A DNA stretch of 64,000 nucleotides, from positions 2,294,001 to 2,358,000 of the forward strand of contig BROI01000001.1 in NCBI GenBank assembly GCA_027923505.1, given 5' to 3'. The position numbers and the translations under genes are program-made. The stretch is from Mayamaea pseudoterrestris (Eukaryota). Under the pieces are notes generated by a model. The model was given only the letters and a program-made list of their open reading frames with translations. It searched no databases and was not told the origin of the DNA. Shown in pieces: positions 35,814 to 48,830 of this stretch (its first letter is position 1; every line of letters begins with the position of its first letter).

Positions 35814-38123
35814 TCAAACTCCATGTAAACGTGCCGACGTCACGTTTCTCTGCAATGCGGCGCAAGGCAGCTCCACCAACAGGTAGGCCAGCAGGGCCAG
35901 TACATAGCTTATCACCGACACGCTCAAGTAGGTCATGGCAAATGTTTCGAGGCGAAAAAACTGTTTCGATGTTTCGCCAAGCTGCCATACAAACAGTACA
36001 ATTGGATGTATCAAGTAAGTCGCAAAGGTGAGGCGCGATAGTGGCGTCCAGCACCTCCAAGACAAAATGTTTGCGACGGAATGGGTACGTCCCAACGACA
36101 AGTGCATGAGAGTGGCAATGCAAATGGACCAGACAGTCCGGCTTGTAGCAGTATACAGAAACGTGGCATGAGATGACCAAAGAGATCCGCATTCGTCCAG
36201 TTCCGGCCACTCCTTATACTGGCACGGCCTTCGCGCGTACGCGCCAGTCGCCGGCAAGTAGGCCACCACCGCAAGTGTCATAAGAATCAACGCCATTGCC
36301 AATCGATGCATCCATGTCCAAGGACTTCGTCGCGACAATGCCTTCTTTGGAAGATACATGGCAACGAGCATGCCGCAAAGATAGGACTGCGCACGGATAT
36401 GAGGTTTTGCGTACGCTTCCACGTCAAATCGGGCAACGGCAGCCCCGTCAAAGGTGTTGCTACTCCACCTTCTGATGTGCGTCAAGTAGATTGTTGTAGC
36501 GACTGAAAGTATGAATAGCGTCATAGTCATTTGGAGACCTTTAGTATGTTGCGCCTGTAACGCAAACACCAACAAGGGTGCCAAGAGAAAAAGTTGCATA
36601 TCGACGGCAAGGTACCAGCTGTGATAGAAGCAGGTTTCCGTTGTTGCTGTATCCAAAGGAAGGAAATTGTTGACAAAGAATAAGTTTGTCCACGAGTAAT
36701 CATGACAGGGTCGGAGCAGCGCCATCCATTGGTACCAAAAGGGTCCTTGTCCCAAGTGCGGCGCAATCTGCGTATAAAATCCCAGCGACAAGGTGTAAAT
36801 GGGTAGTATACGGGCGGCTCGAGTAACAAGCGCTTTTGGCAAGCTTCGTAAATATCGACTCCATAGGCAGGCATTGCCATGATGCTTGCTCAAAGGCATT
36901 TTGGCTTGCAGAACATATACGACAAGGAACCCACTAATGCACAGAAAAGTATCAACAGCGAAACGACTTGAAAAAATCAGTTGACCATGAATGGTTGTTG
37001 TGACTCCATGCGGTGGCAAGAATGCGGCCGGATTGGCAAAGCCTGCGCCACTAGTGCTGGTTATGGCCATGCTATGGCCAAGCAAGATCCACAGAAGCGA
37101 ACCGACGCGTAATCCGTCCAAGCTAGCCGTCTCGGCCGACGTTGGGGCTGTCAATCGCTTCCAGTGAAGCGCCAAGTCGAACGCTTCCCAATATTGGTCG
37201 CCTTTATCAGATAGCGCATTGGTACGGTTAGATTGCAAAAGAATACTTCTTGACCCGTCGCTGTCGTGCGTGTGCATCGTGTAAGACGGTAACTGCACCT
37301 CCGTAGGGTCCACAAGTACATCGTCCAAAAGTCCAACCATTTCCCCGACATATTTCGGCGATATCAATGTGCCTTTATCGTCATCGGTAGACTCTACAGC
37401 ACTGAATTGATTATCTGATCCATATGTAGTGCTTGTAGAAATCTGTTTCACGTCAAGTGCGACTTGACTTTGCTGCAGCTTCCGCCTCGTTCGTCTGATT
37501 TGTCGACCACGACGTGTGCCGATGGCCGACAAGGCTAGCATGGAAGTAATCGTGATGAGATACAAGTATCCCCAAGGGCATAATTCCCATGCAACTTTGA
37601 ATTCTCCGCAAGTCCATCCAGTTCCCAGAAATTTGTTGATTTCTGTTATGCGCTGCAGCAGATTCACATAATCGGATTGCAACTCCTGCATTCGCGTCAG
37701 TGTCGTCACTCCATCAGTGCTCCTCGCAGCTATGAGCTCCTTTTGTGCATTTGCTACTCTCATAAGCGTCGCATTAAAGTCATCTGCGCTCAAATCGTAT
37801 GCCTGGCAGCCGAATGGAAGACATGCCGATGCGAAATTGATGCTGTCACGTTTGACGCCAGCGCCAGCAATGCATGATTGTAGCGGACACTCGTCCATGT
37901 TTCCAAGTCCTCCTCCAGCGTAAATATATGGTTGGTACAGCAATGACGACAATCCAGATGGATGCGACGATGATTCCGTCGCAAGCGTGAGAATTTTTGG
38001 ATTTAGCAGCAAATTACTCAAGGATCGAGCGCAAAATTCCGACGTTAACGCGGGTGAAAAAGAATCAAGTGACGTTGTCCATTCAGCAAATGATGCTTCG
38101 TTGTAACTAGAAGAATTGCTCAT
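35814..38123 (-). CDS. Acyltransferase-3 family membrane O-acyltransferase (NRF-6/OacA-like)
   Basis: Motifs SLDGLRVGSLLWILLGHS, FAVDTFLCISGFL, RAARILP, CFYHSWYLAVDMQLF, PLSRLTFATYLIHP and LLVELP; Cys-containing N-terminal region. Confidence 0.9.
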   Translation of the reverse strand: MSNSSSYNEASFAEWTTSLDSFSPALTSEFCARSLSNLLLNPKILTLATESSSHPSGLSSLLYQPYIYAGGGLGNMDECPLQSCIAGAGVKRDSINFASACLPFGCQAYDLSADDFNATLMRVANAQKELIAARSTDGVTTLTRMQELQSDYVNLLQRITEINKFLGTGWTCGEFKVAWELCPWGYLYLITITSMLALSAIGTRRGRQIRRTRRKLQQSQVALDVKQISTSTTYGSDNQFSAVESTDDDKGTLISPKYVGEMVGLLDDVLVDPTEVQLPSYTMHTHDSDGSRSILLQSNRTNALSDKGDQYWEAFDLALHWKRLTAPTSAETASLDGLRVGSLLWILLGHSMAITSTSGAGFANPAAFLPPHGVTTTIHGQLIFSSRFAVDTFLCISGFLVVYVLQAKMPLSKHHGNACLWSRYLRSLPKALVTRAARILPIYTLSLGFYTQIAPHLGQGPFWYQWMALLRPCHDYSWTNLFFVNNFLPLDTATTETCFYHSWYLAVDMQLFLLAPLLVFALQAQHTKGLQMTMTLFILSVATTIYLTHIRRWSSNTFDGAAVARFDVEAYAKPHIRAQSYLCGMLVAMYLPKKALSRRSPWTWMHRLAMALILMTLAVVAYLPATGAYARRPCQYKEWPELDECGSLWSSHATFLYTATSRTVWSICIATLMHLSLGRTHSVANILSWRCWTPLSRLTFATYLIHPIVLFVWQLGETSKQFFRLETFAMTYLSVSVISYVLALLAYLLVELPCAALQRNVTSARLHGV

Positions 38124-38704
38124 GGCTGTCGTTCACGTGAGCTAGGAAAACGGCGACTCCGGCATGGTGATAATGAACGATGGCATGGAACGAGTTTTGA
38201 CGATGCGCGCGCATGCATTTTCGCGAAAATGTCACATGTGTGATGGTGCGACATGCAGGAATGTGTAAATCAGCATCCCCAGTTTTTCACGGCATGTACG
38301 ATCGCTTTATACGTAGTGTTGGTCGCCAGTCTTTCCAAATTATAAAGTAGTAACGGTAGATGGCTTGACCAGGTACATTGCCTATGGCGATTGTTCAATG
38401 GATTGCAATGGCGGTCTGCAGGTAGCTAAACGAGGCACAGCGGACGCACCTTCGCGCGCGCCGCGCCATCCGATTTTTCTTCGACTCATCGGCATTTCCA
38501 TCATGCCATTCGTCGTTGCTGCACTTGATTCTGTCACATTAGGTCAACAGGGAGACTACATTACATGCTCGTACGTAAGGACGGACTAGAGCAAGGGACA
38601 GTAACGAAATCTAACGATTGAGCACTTCTCAGAGCCATTCACACACCGTCAACGCGTCGTCATCCCTCTTCACGTCTTGCGTTTCACTGTTTCGACAAGG
38701 AGGA

Positions 38705-40607
38705 ATGGCAGCTGATTGTCAACCCCAATTATGTCAACGAATGCTGCATGTAGTCCTATTCTCTTTAATACTTTTGCCTGTGGCAGTAGAATCTTTCGTA
38801 AATTCCGGCAATCTGCTGCAACGGAGAATACGGAGTCCATTTCAACATCCATCACCTTCCTCATTGACGCTGACAGTCAATCAGTTTAGCAGTAGCGTCG
38901 GAGAATCAATACTTGATCAAGTACAATGGATCAATAACAAGTATCAAAAGGATCAATATTCGATTGCGGCAACAAATGATCACGAAGTTGATACGAACGA
39001 TCCATTCACTATTACGAGCGTCGACGATGCCTCCTTCATGGGCGCCGGAATCGGTCGCAATGTTTACGCATCCTGGTGGAAATGGCGGAAGCAGGAAGAC
39101 GGCGCTCTTGACGTATTAAGCATTGCGAGCAATCGAACAGCGACGCAACTCATGAAAACGAGTTCCAAAGACGCTCCAGTGTGGGAGGCGCTCGCAACGC
39201 TGGAGAATGACAGTACGTACAATTACTACTCGCACCATTCGCATTGGAACGTCGTATCCTCGTCGTTCGACTACTTCAATCACTCATCAATGATGCTCTC
39301 CTTTTCTTATAACAGTGCAAGTACTTGACCGAATGGCGGCTCAAAAACCTCAACTGTCAGCTTTCGAGTTTGCCATGCTCAGTGGTGCCGTCCTTAGCGC
39401 AGCCAGTGGCCCACTTATCCTCGGCGGAACTATTACAAACTTTCTCGCTCCATCCATGGCTGCCTTCATTGCTGCCATTGGCATTGGGGCCGAATATACT
39501 GGGAAAGTAGCCGTTGCTGATAGCAAGGAGGTCGCAGCCGTGTCCATTCAATGTGCGGCTGAAGCAGAAAGTTTCCTTGCAGCAGCCGAACGCGCCAAGG
39601 CCATTACGCCTGTATGCGTTGGCGTCGGAGCAACGGCTGCTTCCTTTTCTTTACTGGTTCCAGTGTTACTTGATACGATGAACATCGCCAGCAATCTGCA
39701 ACGGGTGACGGAGATTTACCTTTTTTGTCCACTCATTTCGCTATTGGCAGCAGCTGTGGCGGACTTGTCGCTACAGGAAACAAAATCACTAGCTGCCAGA
39801 GCTATTGGAGTTGGTAACCGAAGATTTGCTAGGTCAGGACTAGTGTCGCGGACGTGGATGAGTAGCACCGAGCTGATTGAGCGGAAAAGCTCTGCCCAAT
39901 ATGACAAATGGGTCACTTTTTCGCTCTCCGTCTTGCCTGCGCCGATTATTGGCGCTTTGGTCCCAGGTGCGCTGCCTACCAAGACAATTGTTGTTACTGC
40001 CTTGGCGGCGTGCGAGACGGCATACTTTCTAGCGGCTTCGGAAAGTGTTGTAAGTCGAGCGACTGATGCAGTCGCCTTAAAGGCGCGGTCCGCTGCAGTA
40101 TGTGACACTTATGCAAACCAGGGAGCACGATCGGCTGCTATTTTGCCGTTTACTTCGGCACTGAGTGGTCTTTGTGCAGCTGCTACTGCCGCGCTTGTGG
40201 AGCTTCCCTTCATTGACGCGCTTTCGAGTGCAAATAATCCAGGTGCCATCCTCTTGCACATGGGAACGGTAGCCATCTTTCCAGCCTTGTCGGCGCTTTT
40301 TGCCGCAGCTGCAAGTGTCAGCAAGGCGAGATGTGAGGTGGATGCACAAGCTTCGGTGCTTGCAGCATCTACCATTGCCGTGCCGTATGACGACGAGGAG
40401 CAAGATCCACTTCTTCGGCCTTTTGCTGGCGTACTCGAGCTCATCACGGTAACCGTCAGTAGTTCACTCCGCATGATGGGTCGAGCTACAATGCGCCGAA
40501 ATTGGCCATGGAGTCTACTGCGAAGATGGTGGACTCGAAGAATTCAAAAGCGACGGAACGGACAAACTTATAATGATGGCGACAATGCCACACCAGCACT
40601 TGCATAG
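38705..40607 (+). CDS. Hypothetical Ala-rich multi-pass membrane protein, probably plastid-targeted; exons 38705-39212 and 39316-40607
   Basis: Signal peptide followed by VESF. The GTACGT...CAG intron at 39213-39315 joins two ORFs in frame. Several hydrophobic helices. Confidence 0.75.
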
Positions 40608-40993
40608 TAGCATCTTTGAGGAATATTAACTACAAGTTTTCATCTTTTGGCTTCAAATGTACATAATAACTTATTCTTTAACTCACAATTGTATATTTGC
40701 GATATGAATTCTTCAACGTCATGACCATTGACAAAGATTGACAGCGAAGCGCTAGCTACCAGAATGTAAACCGCAGCGACACGCTATCGTGTGGCGCGCC
40801 GTCGCGCGTGATCTTCGACTGACGATGGGAAACAATCGCAATCATTCTGCCAAGCTTGTCCATTGTGGACGCGTCGTTTCAACTCTTGAGTTTTATGACA
40901 ACCATTTTTGATATCCTTTGAAAATCCCATTCATCTCGCTAAATTTGACTGGAACAACCGAAATTGACGCTTGCCATCACGCATCGCGCCATC

Positions 40994-41569
40994 ATGCATC
41001 GCACCTTCCTCCTGCTTTTGATTTGTTGCTGCTCCATTACTTTCGCATGGATTCCACAACGACGGATCTATGCATCTCCGAGTGCTCGACCCATGACAGC
41101 GTCTGCTCTTGATCCGCAGAATTCGCAGCAGCAAGAAGACTCCAAGTTTGAATACGTTGAATACGACTACTTGACAGAAGCCGACTTTATCAATTCTGAA
41201 TGGGTCGTTGGAACTCTCTTTGGCAACGACAAGAAGATTCAAGAAACATGGGTTCGATTAGCACGTACAGAAGACGGGAAGAATGTTTGCTTCTGGGGCA
41301 CCAAGCAACAAGGGACGTGGAACCTTGACGTCGCCTCTCAGTTCTTGTCGATTAGTCGCGAACAAATCTACGGCAAGCAAATTTGGGCGTGTACTGTCGA
41401 CGACTACTACTATCTACAAGGAACGGTCAGAGGATGGGCTTTTTGGAAGGCTGCCAGTGTATATGGTCAATGGCAAGCGGCGCGACTGGGAGTTGACGAG
41501 GAGGAAGCAGGGCCGGCCCCATGGTTTCAAGAAGATGGCAGCGACGACACGGCTGCATCAATATCTTAA
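40994..41569 (+). CDS. Hypothetical protein with signal/transit-like presequence (Trp/Gly-rich mature domain)
   Basis: MHRTFLLLLICCCSITFAWIP presequence; 191-aa ORF; family not recognised. Confidence 0.7.
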   Translation: MHRTFLLLLICCCSITFAWIPQRRIYASPSARPMTASALDPQNSQQQEDSKFEYVEYDYLTEADFINSEWVVGTLFGNDKKIQETWVRLARTEDGKNVCFWGTKQQGTWNLDVASQFLSISREQIYGKQIWACTVDDYYYLQGTVRGWAFWKAASVYGQWQAARLGVDEEEAGPAPWFQEDGSDDTAASIS

Positions 41570-42387
41570 CAGGTTTAGCATAGACCACACGTCGTTGAGT
41601 AGATACTATAAAATGAAATCTATATCCGCTAATAGTACAAGTTTCTTGCGTTTCCTCGTTTCACTGGTTCACTGTCAACATGTAGTGTCCATTGGACAGA
41701 CGACCAAGATGGCGCTGCAAACACAAAGCAGCAAGACCAAAGTCTAGATTTTACTCTTGCTTGGTAGTAGTTTATTGTCTAAAAAGGCTGTTAAGATACT
41801 CGCCGCAGTAACCGTCCAATTGTTGTCGTGTTCGTCGTGGTCGATTCGAACTGGGACTTGGCTTCAGGACAAGTCTCTATGGCATTCTCCAAAGCAATGT
41901 TGGCCCAGGAAAGCATGGGCTACTCCAAAGCAATGCTGCGAGGATCCTATGGACCCTCTTTTTGAAATTATCTGTACTTGTCCGGCCGCAGTAAAGGGAT
42001 GGTATAATGTGGAAGCTATGCACCTCGGCATTTGTCGGCATGTTAGTATTAGGGTTGTTACAAGTACAAGTAGATGCCAACCAGATATGCGATTGATGAG
42101 TTTACGATTGACGATCACTTAGTCGCAAGCCACTAATATTTGCAGTACCATGAAGTGTGCTGTTGCCATCGTTCGCCTACTACTCAAAGTTCGATGTATA
42201 GCGACAACATAAGGCAACATTCCGCATTACAGTCACATTTTAAAAGTCAAATGAAGTTGGATCTGCATCTACTCTTCACGTTGGCACTCCATGCCCGACG
42301 ACTCGACGATGCACCGCACCGACAACAAACCTCGCGGGCTTCATTGGATTTAGCAATCCAAACATACATGTACACATTCTTGTTCAT

Positions 42388-44234
42388 TCAGACACTTGCG
42401 AAAGCGTCATCGGCCGGATTCGGAATAGGGCGTAGCAGTGGAAAAGTTGGCCCGAGCGGCGCCGCGTGATTTGGGTCGTTCAACTCACCAGCCTCACTTG
42501 TCGATGACGATGCAGCATCGTCCCCGTCATCTTGGCTTTGTCCGTTAGCAGTTTCTTGTATGGCGGCACTCAATGCTTGAAGGCCATGGCTATGTCGACC
42601 GGAATAAAAATGTCCAATGGTAATCGGATCACTTACTAATGATCTTGAATGTCCCACGTTCTCGAGCCCAAGTCCTGTACCTAACACGGTCGATGCGGCA
42701 GTCAATGTCGTACTTGTGCCGCAGCTCGTGCCCTCCGAGATTGCACCTTCGTTTGGATATTGCATGATTGGAGCTTTGGCAAATTTATCCACGCCGGCCA
42801 AGCTCGGCGGAGGATTTATTGACAAAAAATCGGGAAGCCCTTCTGATGACAAATCATCATCCCTCCCGTCGGCATGCCGTTGCTGATTCTTAGCTGCTAG
42901 AATCTTGCCAGTTATATTCTCCCGAGGTGTGCATGTCAGTCTGCTCGCCAAGTCTTTGCGGTTGCGTTGAAAGAGGGGATGATAGAAGCATTCTGTTCCC
43001 GAACCACTCGTCATGCGTTGAAACCCCCAGCGATGGAGCTTTCTCACGAAGGATGCATATTTGGTATGCTTGAAAACCGGTCCAAGAACGATTTTAACAA
43101 ACAGCTTGGGGTCGACAATAACAAACGACTTGCCGTCGGGCAACCATGCGACAATGTTCTCGTTGGCATCGTGGCGCATGAGCGCGTCCATGAATTTTTC
43201 CGGAAAGGTTTGCGCCTTGCGCTTTTTGTGTTTCTTTGTGACTGCTGGCCGCAATGAAGGATATGCGGATACCGCAAGGTGCGCCGAAGCGACTGTTTGG
43301 TGCTGCGGTTGCTGCCACTGTTGCTCCTGTGTCATGAATGGCTGGGCTGTCGTTGGTTGATGTCTCAAGGCAAGTTGCTGCTCAAATTGCTGAGCCTCGT
43401 TGTAGGCGAACTGCATTTGTTGCTGGAGAGCTGCCTTTTGAAGCGCGATAGCTTGCTGCGTCTGCGGCGTATCCTGCTGTTGCATTGGCTGATGGATTGA
43501 ATAGAATGAAGGGGTAGGCGCCATGGGATGTGGATCGGGCATGGCCATAGAAGGATTCCATTTGCTTGCAATCGTCGCGCCACTTGCCGAAAATGGCATC
43601 GGTTTCTGCAAATGAGATGAGCCATCGTTGTACGTGGACTGCGAAAGAAGAAGCGACGCAGTTTGCTGCTGTTGCGCTGGTTGGTAAAACGAAGCCATTG
43701 GCATGAATGCACTTTCTTGTTGTAACTGCTGCTGCAGCAGTTGCTGTTGGCGTTGCTGCAAAAGATGTGTCTGAAGATCCATTCCGTAACTTTGCTGCTG
43801 AAGCTGCTGATATGCTAACGAGTTGTTTTTCATTTGATTCATATTCATGTTTTGGGAAGAAGTCGTAAGCATCTGCTGGTTCATTTTGATTGGGAAGTGC
43901 TGCACACCGGCATGCGGAGTGGAGGCATTCATTATTTGCTGATGCCATCGAGGAGGAGATCCCATAATTTCTCCTCCAAGAATCGGCTGTCGCATGAGCT
44001 GAATCGTATTACTCTGTTGACTTTGCAGGCTTGTGTCTGCAAGGAGCGAGCGACAAACAGAGCTCTATCTCAGTAAGTGCACATCAAACGAGTTGACTTC
44101 ACATTTCACATCGTTCAAATTCTTTGTCACTTACATCCTGGAGGAAGCGTAGCACCCATTCCCAGACCAACAAAGGGGTTCGTTTCTCCTTCTTCGAGGA
44201 CATTGTCATGGTGATTGACTTCGTCGTTATACAT
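42388..44234 (-). CDS. HSF-type DNA-binding-domain transcription factor; exons 44234-44135 and 44036-42388
   Basis: Motifs FPEKFMDAL...IVAWLPDGKSFVIVDP...FKHTKYASFVRKLHRWGFQR...FYHPLFQR and a Q-rich N-terminus. The first exon is inferred from a phase-1 GTAAGT...CAG intron. Confidence 0.9.
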
Positions 44235-44722
44235 GATGCTCGTAGCAAGCATCGTTGTTGAGACGAATGGACAACTCAATCGTTTTGCGAATGAGAATAA
44301 TGTGCACCGAAATGGTCAGGGTAGTCAATCGCCCCTGATCGTAGAATTCGCCGAGGCTTATATATTGAACATTATTGCCTTGCATGACTTTAGTCAGAGA
44401 ATGTCCAGTATCCATGTCTGTGACCAAAGTGATAGAAAACATAAGCTAAATGACCCATTGTTGAGTCCTATCATCAGGGACAACCCCCGTCAGCAATGAA
44501 TGACATCGACGACTACATCTAATTGGTCGTCGAATCCTCATGCCTGAGTCATTCTGCTCGTGAAATGTCCCAAACGTGCATATAGCGCCGCATTGGCGGC
44601 TGCTGTGAAGTACTCCGTAGATTATGTGATATCATACAGTAGCTCGGTCAGACGAGAGAAACCGAGCTATGGGCATGGCGTATAACCATATCTAGTTTAT
44701 AATCCGTCGACAATTGTAGCGC

Positions 44723-46052
44723 TCAACAGCAACTTGCCGCAGCAGCCACATCTCCCTTTCCACCTCTATTGCTTGTGCTCTTGTTAAATGGCAGTCCACC
44801 TCCACATCCTTCAAATAGGCCGTAGTGTCGATCCCAAGTTCCAATAAAGTCAAAATGGGGTGCAAGTCGAGGATTCTCACGTAGCATTTTATATGTATTG
44901 CCGCAAACAGCAAACACGCGTCCCGTCTCCATCGTGTGATGCTTGTCGAGTGTCCAAGACGAATTGAATCGAGGTATCGTTCCTTTATAGATAACCGCTT
45001 GCCCGTAGTCTGCAAATACGAAATTGGAAGAGAGACGCATGATTTATTAGACAAGCGCCTTAAATTTGGCATCCACGATTAGCTTTCAAAAACGTACCTT
45101 CACACGCCGGTTCTAGCTCGGGCAATTTAAAGAGTCGGTACGTGGCCGAGTAAAATTCCAAACCACCATGCCCCTCTTGATCTACCAAGGCAGCAACATT
45201 TTTATTCTGAATGGTAATGGGTGAATCTTCGACCAAACGTGGATCATTAAAGCCAGCCTGCTTGGCCAACGCCTCAAAGTCGTTCCAATAAAGGGCGCCC
45301 GACAAGCACTCTCCCCACAGTAGAGCATTCTTTTGCAAAGCCATTGGCACTCGACGATTGGTATATACGTCAGAAAAGTACAATTCGCCACCTGGTTTCA
45401 AAAGTTCGTAGCAAGCCTTCAACACGGCCGGCTTGTCGGTGCAAAGGTTGATGACGCAATTGCTGATAATGACATCAAACGTGTTTGGTTCTAGCTCTGG
45501 AATATCAAGAAGTGTCTCCAAGTAACCCTGGTAGAATTCCGTATTCTTGTATCCAAACTTGTCGGCGTGATAGTCTTGAAAGTCCTTGGCAGACTGCAGC
45601 TGTTCGTGCGTCATGTCGACACCTGCAACGCTTCCAGACGCACCGACGAGTTGACTCGCCAAGTAAACGTCTCGGCCAGCTCCGCACCCCAAATCCAAGA
45701 CTCTCGCTCCTTCCAAATTGTAGTTTGGTAGACACAAGCCGCAGCCATAGTACTTTGCTTTCGTTTCGTCGGCTATATTCTTAAGCAAGTCGCGAATGTG
45801 CGTTGGCGGCGAGGCTCCAGTGCAGCAGGCGTTGGTTTGAAGATCGGCCGACGTTTTGAGCGTCTCACCGTAGTATTTTGAAACGACTTGACGCGTCGAG
45901 GAAGCGTCAATGATTTCAACTGCACTTGCAGACGACGAAGAAGCCATGCTGAACAGATTGCTAGAAATTCTAGTGCTGCTGCTACTGCTACTAATCCAGG
46001 CGAACGCGATGCGAGAAAAGCAAAGTGCCAAAAGTAGCGCTCGCTCAATCAT
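44723..46052 (-). CDS. arsM: Arsenite S-adenosylmethionine methyltransferase (ArsM/AS3MT); exons 46052-45098 and 45009-44723
   Basis: Motifs YYGETLKTSADLQTNACC, KYYGCG, VLDLGCGAGRD, DVIISNCVINL, WGECLSGALY and spliced CEDYGQAVIYKGTIP; C-terminal SCC. Confidence 0.92.
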
Positions 46053-46289
46053 TCAATGACTGTTTCGTCAGACTATCTGAATGAGTATGGTACAGTCGCG
46101 TTTTCAAATGGTACAACTCTGATTTATATCGACTGCATGTGAATCTGTCGCGATTCTTTGTGCTCGTGGAATCGACGGCTGCAATATTGTCATAATTACC
46201 AGTCCGACGCAGATGCAGAACGCCATTCTCTGTGCGACATTAATCGGGTCACGTCCGATGACTGACGGCCCGCACAAAACGCAACCACC

Positions 46290-48459
46290 ATGAGGATTGG
46301 CGGAGGATGCGCTCTTGTTTTTTCACTGCTAGTGGCACATGTCCTAGCAGGAACTTCGGATCATAACTACAAAAAAGGAGATCATGTTGAGCTTTGGGTG
46401 AATAAGGTGCGAATCAAATACTCTCTGCTGCTAGAAAGATCAACCGTTATTTTGAGCAGCCTTTGAAATCGATTGCGAGGGCCATCGAGTCCAAGTAGCA
46501 ATGCTACTTTGCAGATTATATCTAGTACTAGAGATTCATGGATCATCACTGTTATTTGAACCCATGATTCACTCACTCTCTTTCCATGAAATCCTACAGG
46601 TCGGTCCATACGCCAATCCGCAGGAAGCCTACGAGTACTACACACTTCCGTATTGCGCTCCAGAAACCAAGCACCACCCCGACAATGAAGGGCAGTTTAA
46701 CGAATTCAAGCTTCAAAGTATCGGCGAGTATCTCGGGGGACATTCGCTTCGGCACTCTGGTCATGACATATTGTATGGCGAAGACTCGCAAAAGACGGAA
46801 GAATGCTCAACCAAGCCTCTCACCAAGGAACAAGCGCAAGCCTTTGCAAATGCCATTCAACGTCGATGGTTCTACCAAATGTACTTGGATGACCTGCCGC
46901 TGTGGGGAATGGTTGGAGAGCTGCTTCCAAGCTCAGGAAGCAAGGCTGTTTTGAAAGTGAAAGACAAGGACGACAAGGATCGACTGGACCATGTTTCGGA
47001 GGTCGAAGACATTGGAGATCTGCACCCATTCGTTTACACGACACGAAACCTTGTCGTTACCTACAATGGCGATAACATTGTACAAGTCGATTTGACGAGT
47101 GATCCGGCTAGTTTGGTCAAGGTGGAGGAGGGCGTCATTCTCAAATTTACCATGCATGTCAAGTGGAACAAGTCGACGGATCTCTTTCACTCGCGCTTTG
47201 AACGCTACCTTGATCACGACTTTTTCAAGCATCCCATTCACTGGTTTAGCGTTTTCAATTCATTCATGATGGTATTGTTTCTCATGGGATTGGTCGCACT
47301 CATTTTGCTACGAACGCTCAAGAAGGACTACGCGCGATATGGAATTGTCGGTGACATGGAAGCGGGCGACGGAGACGTGGACGACGAAGGCAAGCCACTG
47401 ACGGACAAGTCCAGCGAGGACGCTGGATGGAAGCAGGTGCATGGCGATGTTTTTCGAGCGCCCTCCATGCTGCCCTTGTTTGCCGCTTTGATTGGAACGG
47501 GCTGGCAATTAGTGGTACTCACGCTTGGAGTGATTCTCTTTGCCGTCCTTGGACCGCTCCATGGACAAGTGCATGAGCAACGAGGTGAAGTTTTGCATGC
47601 AGTGATTGTTTGCTACGCCCTTTCGAGCATAATTTCCGGTTATTCGTCGGGCCAATTCTTCAAAATGTACTACCCAACCACGTCGAGTGCTCGTCGCCAA
47701 ACTAGTGGACCGAAACCAATTCTTTGGCAGCTGGTCATGGGGTTGACAGTGCTTTTGCTGCCGACAGTATCAGCTGTTGTGTTGACGCTGCTCAATTCAG
47801 TTTCGCTGTTTTACGGCACGATCAACACAATCCCATTCATGGTCATGTTCAAGCTCTTTTTGATTTGGGTCTTTGTGTCGGTTCCACTTTGCGTCGTTGG
47901 TACGATACTCGGCCGTCACGCTGTTGGCAGCAAGGGATCAACGCCGTCGCCGCTGGATCATTTTCCGTGCCGAGTTAATGCGATTCCTCGACCAATCCCA
48001 GAGGATGTACCATGGTACGGTCGGCCAAGTGGTTTGATTCCATTGGCTGGTTTGTTGTCATTTGGAAGCATCTTCATTGAGCTTTACTACGTCTTGACGA
48101 GTCTTTGGAACTACAAGTTTTACCATGTGTATGGATTTCTGCTTGGCGTTTACTCAATCTTGACCATTGTCGTGGGTATGACATCGATCATTGTCGTTTA
48201 CTTTTGCCTCAATGCGGAGAATTACCTGTGGCAATGGACGGCGTTTGGTAGTGGAGCGTCAACGGCGGCATATGTGTTTTTGTATGGGATTTACTATTTC
48301 TTGTTCAAGACGCAAATGCACGGGTTGCTACAGACGACGTACTACTTTGGATATATGTCGTTGATTGCGATCAATCTGGGTCTCTTGTGTGGCACTCTTG
48401 GGCATGGAGCGGCTAGTCGATTTGTCCGAGCGATTTTCCAAAACGTCAAGGTGGATTAA
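46290..48459 (+). CDS. Transmembrane 9 superfamily (nonaspanin/EMP70) protein; exons 46290-46406 and 46600-48459
   Basis: Signal peptide; spliced VELWVNK|VGPYANPQE; motifs IHWFSVFNS and GWKQVHGDVFR; C-terminal VKVD (KxD/E motif). Confidence 0.95.
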
Positions 48460-48830
48460 CGCAGGCTGATTTGGGTTTGCGACTCGTCGGCGTGGAAGTG
48501 TAACGAGGAGTTTGATGCAAGCGCTACTTCACTGTCAGTGGTGTGCGAGTCGATGAACAGTTGCGTACTAGTAGGAAATACAATGTTTACAATCATTAAT
48601 AGCAAGTGTATCATGCATGATCATGTATCAAGTATTGCCTTTGCATTCATTGCGTGATTATTTCATCGAGTGATTGACAATCACTACATGATAAAAAGGC
48701 GACGGTTGTGGATGGCCCGATTCACTCATCATACTGGCAGCACTCGAAGCGTATGGTTCTACAAACAGACTAACAGTTGCGTATAATGTAAACGACCATC
48801 TATTGCGCCACATACTCGTGCAATTGTTAC

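Noticed and set aside
41887..41935. 13-bp direct repeat CTCCAAAGCAATG, 36 bp apart, within short overlapping ORFs
   Set aside because: Only two copies, with no element boundaries or convincing coding signal.
8863..46052. Possible functional cluster (EamA, SulP, acyltransferase, ArsM) for arsenic or sulfur metabolism
   Set aside because: The genes are spread over 37 kb among unrelated housekeeping genes, with no evidence of co-regulation.
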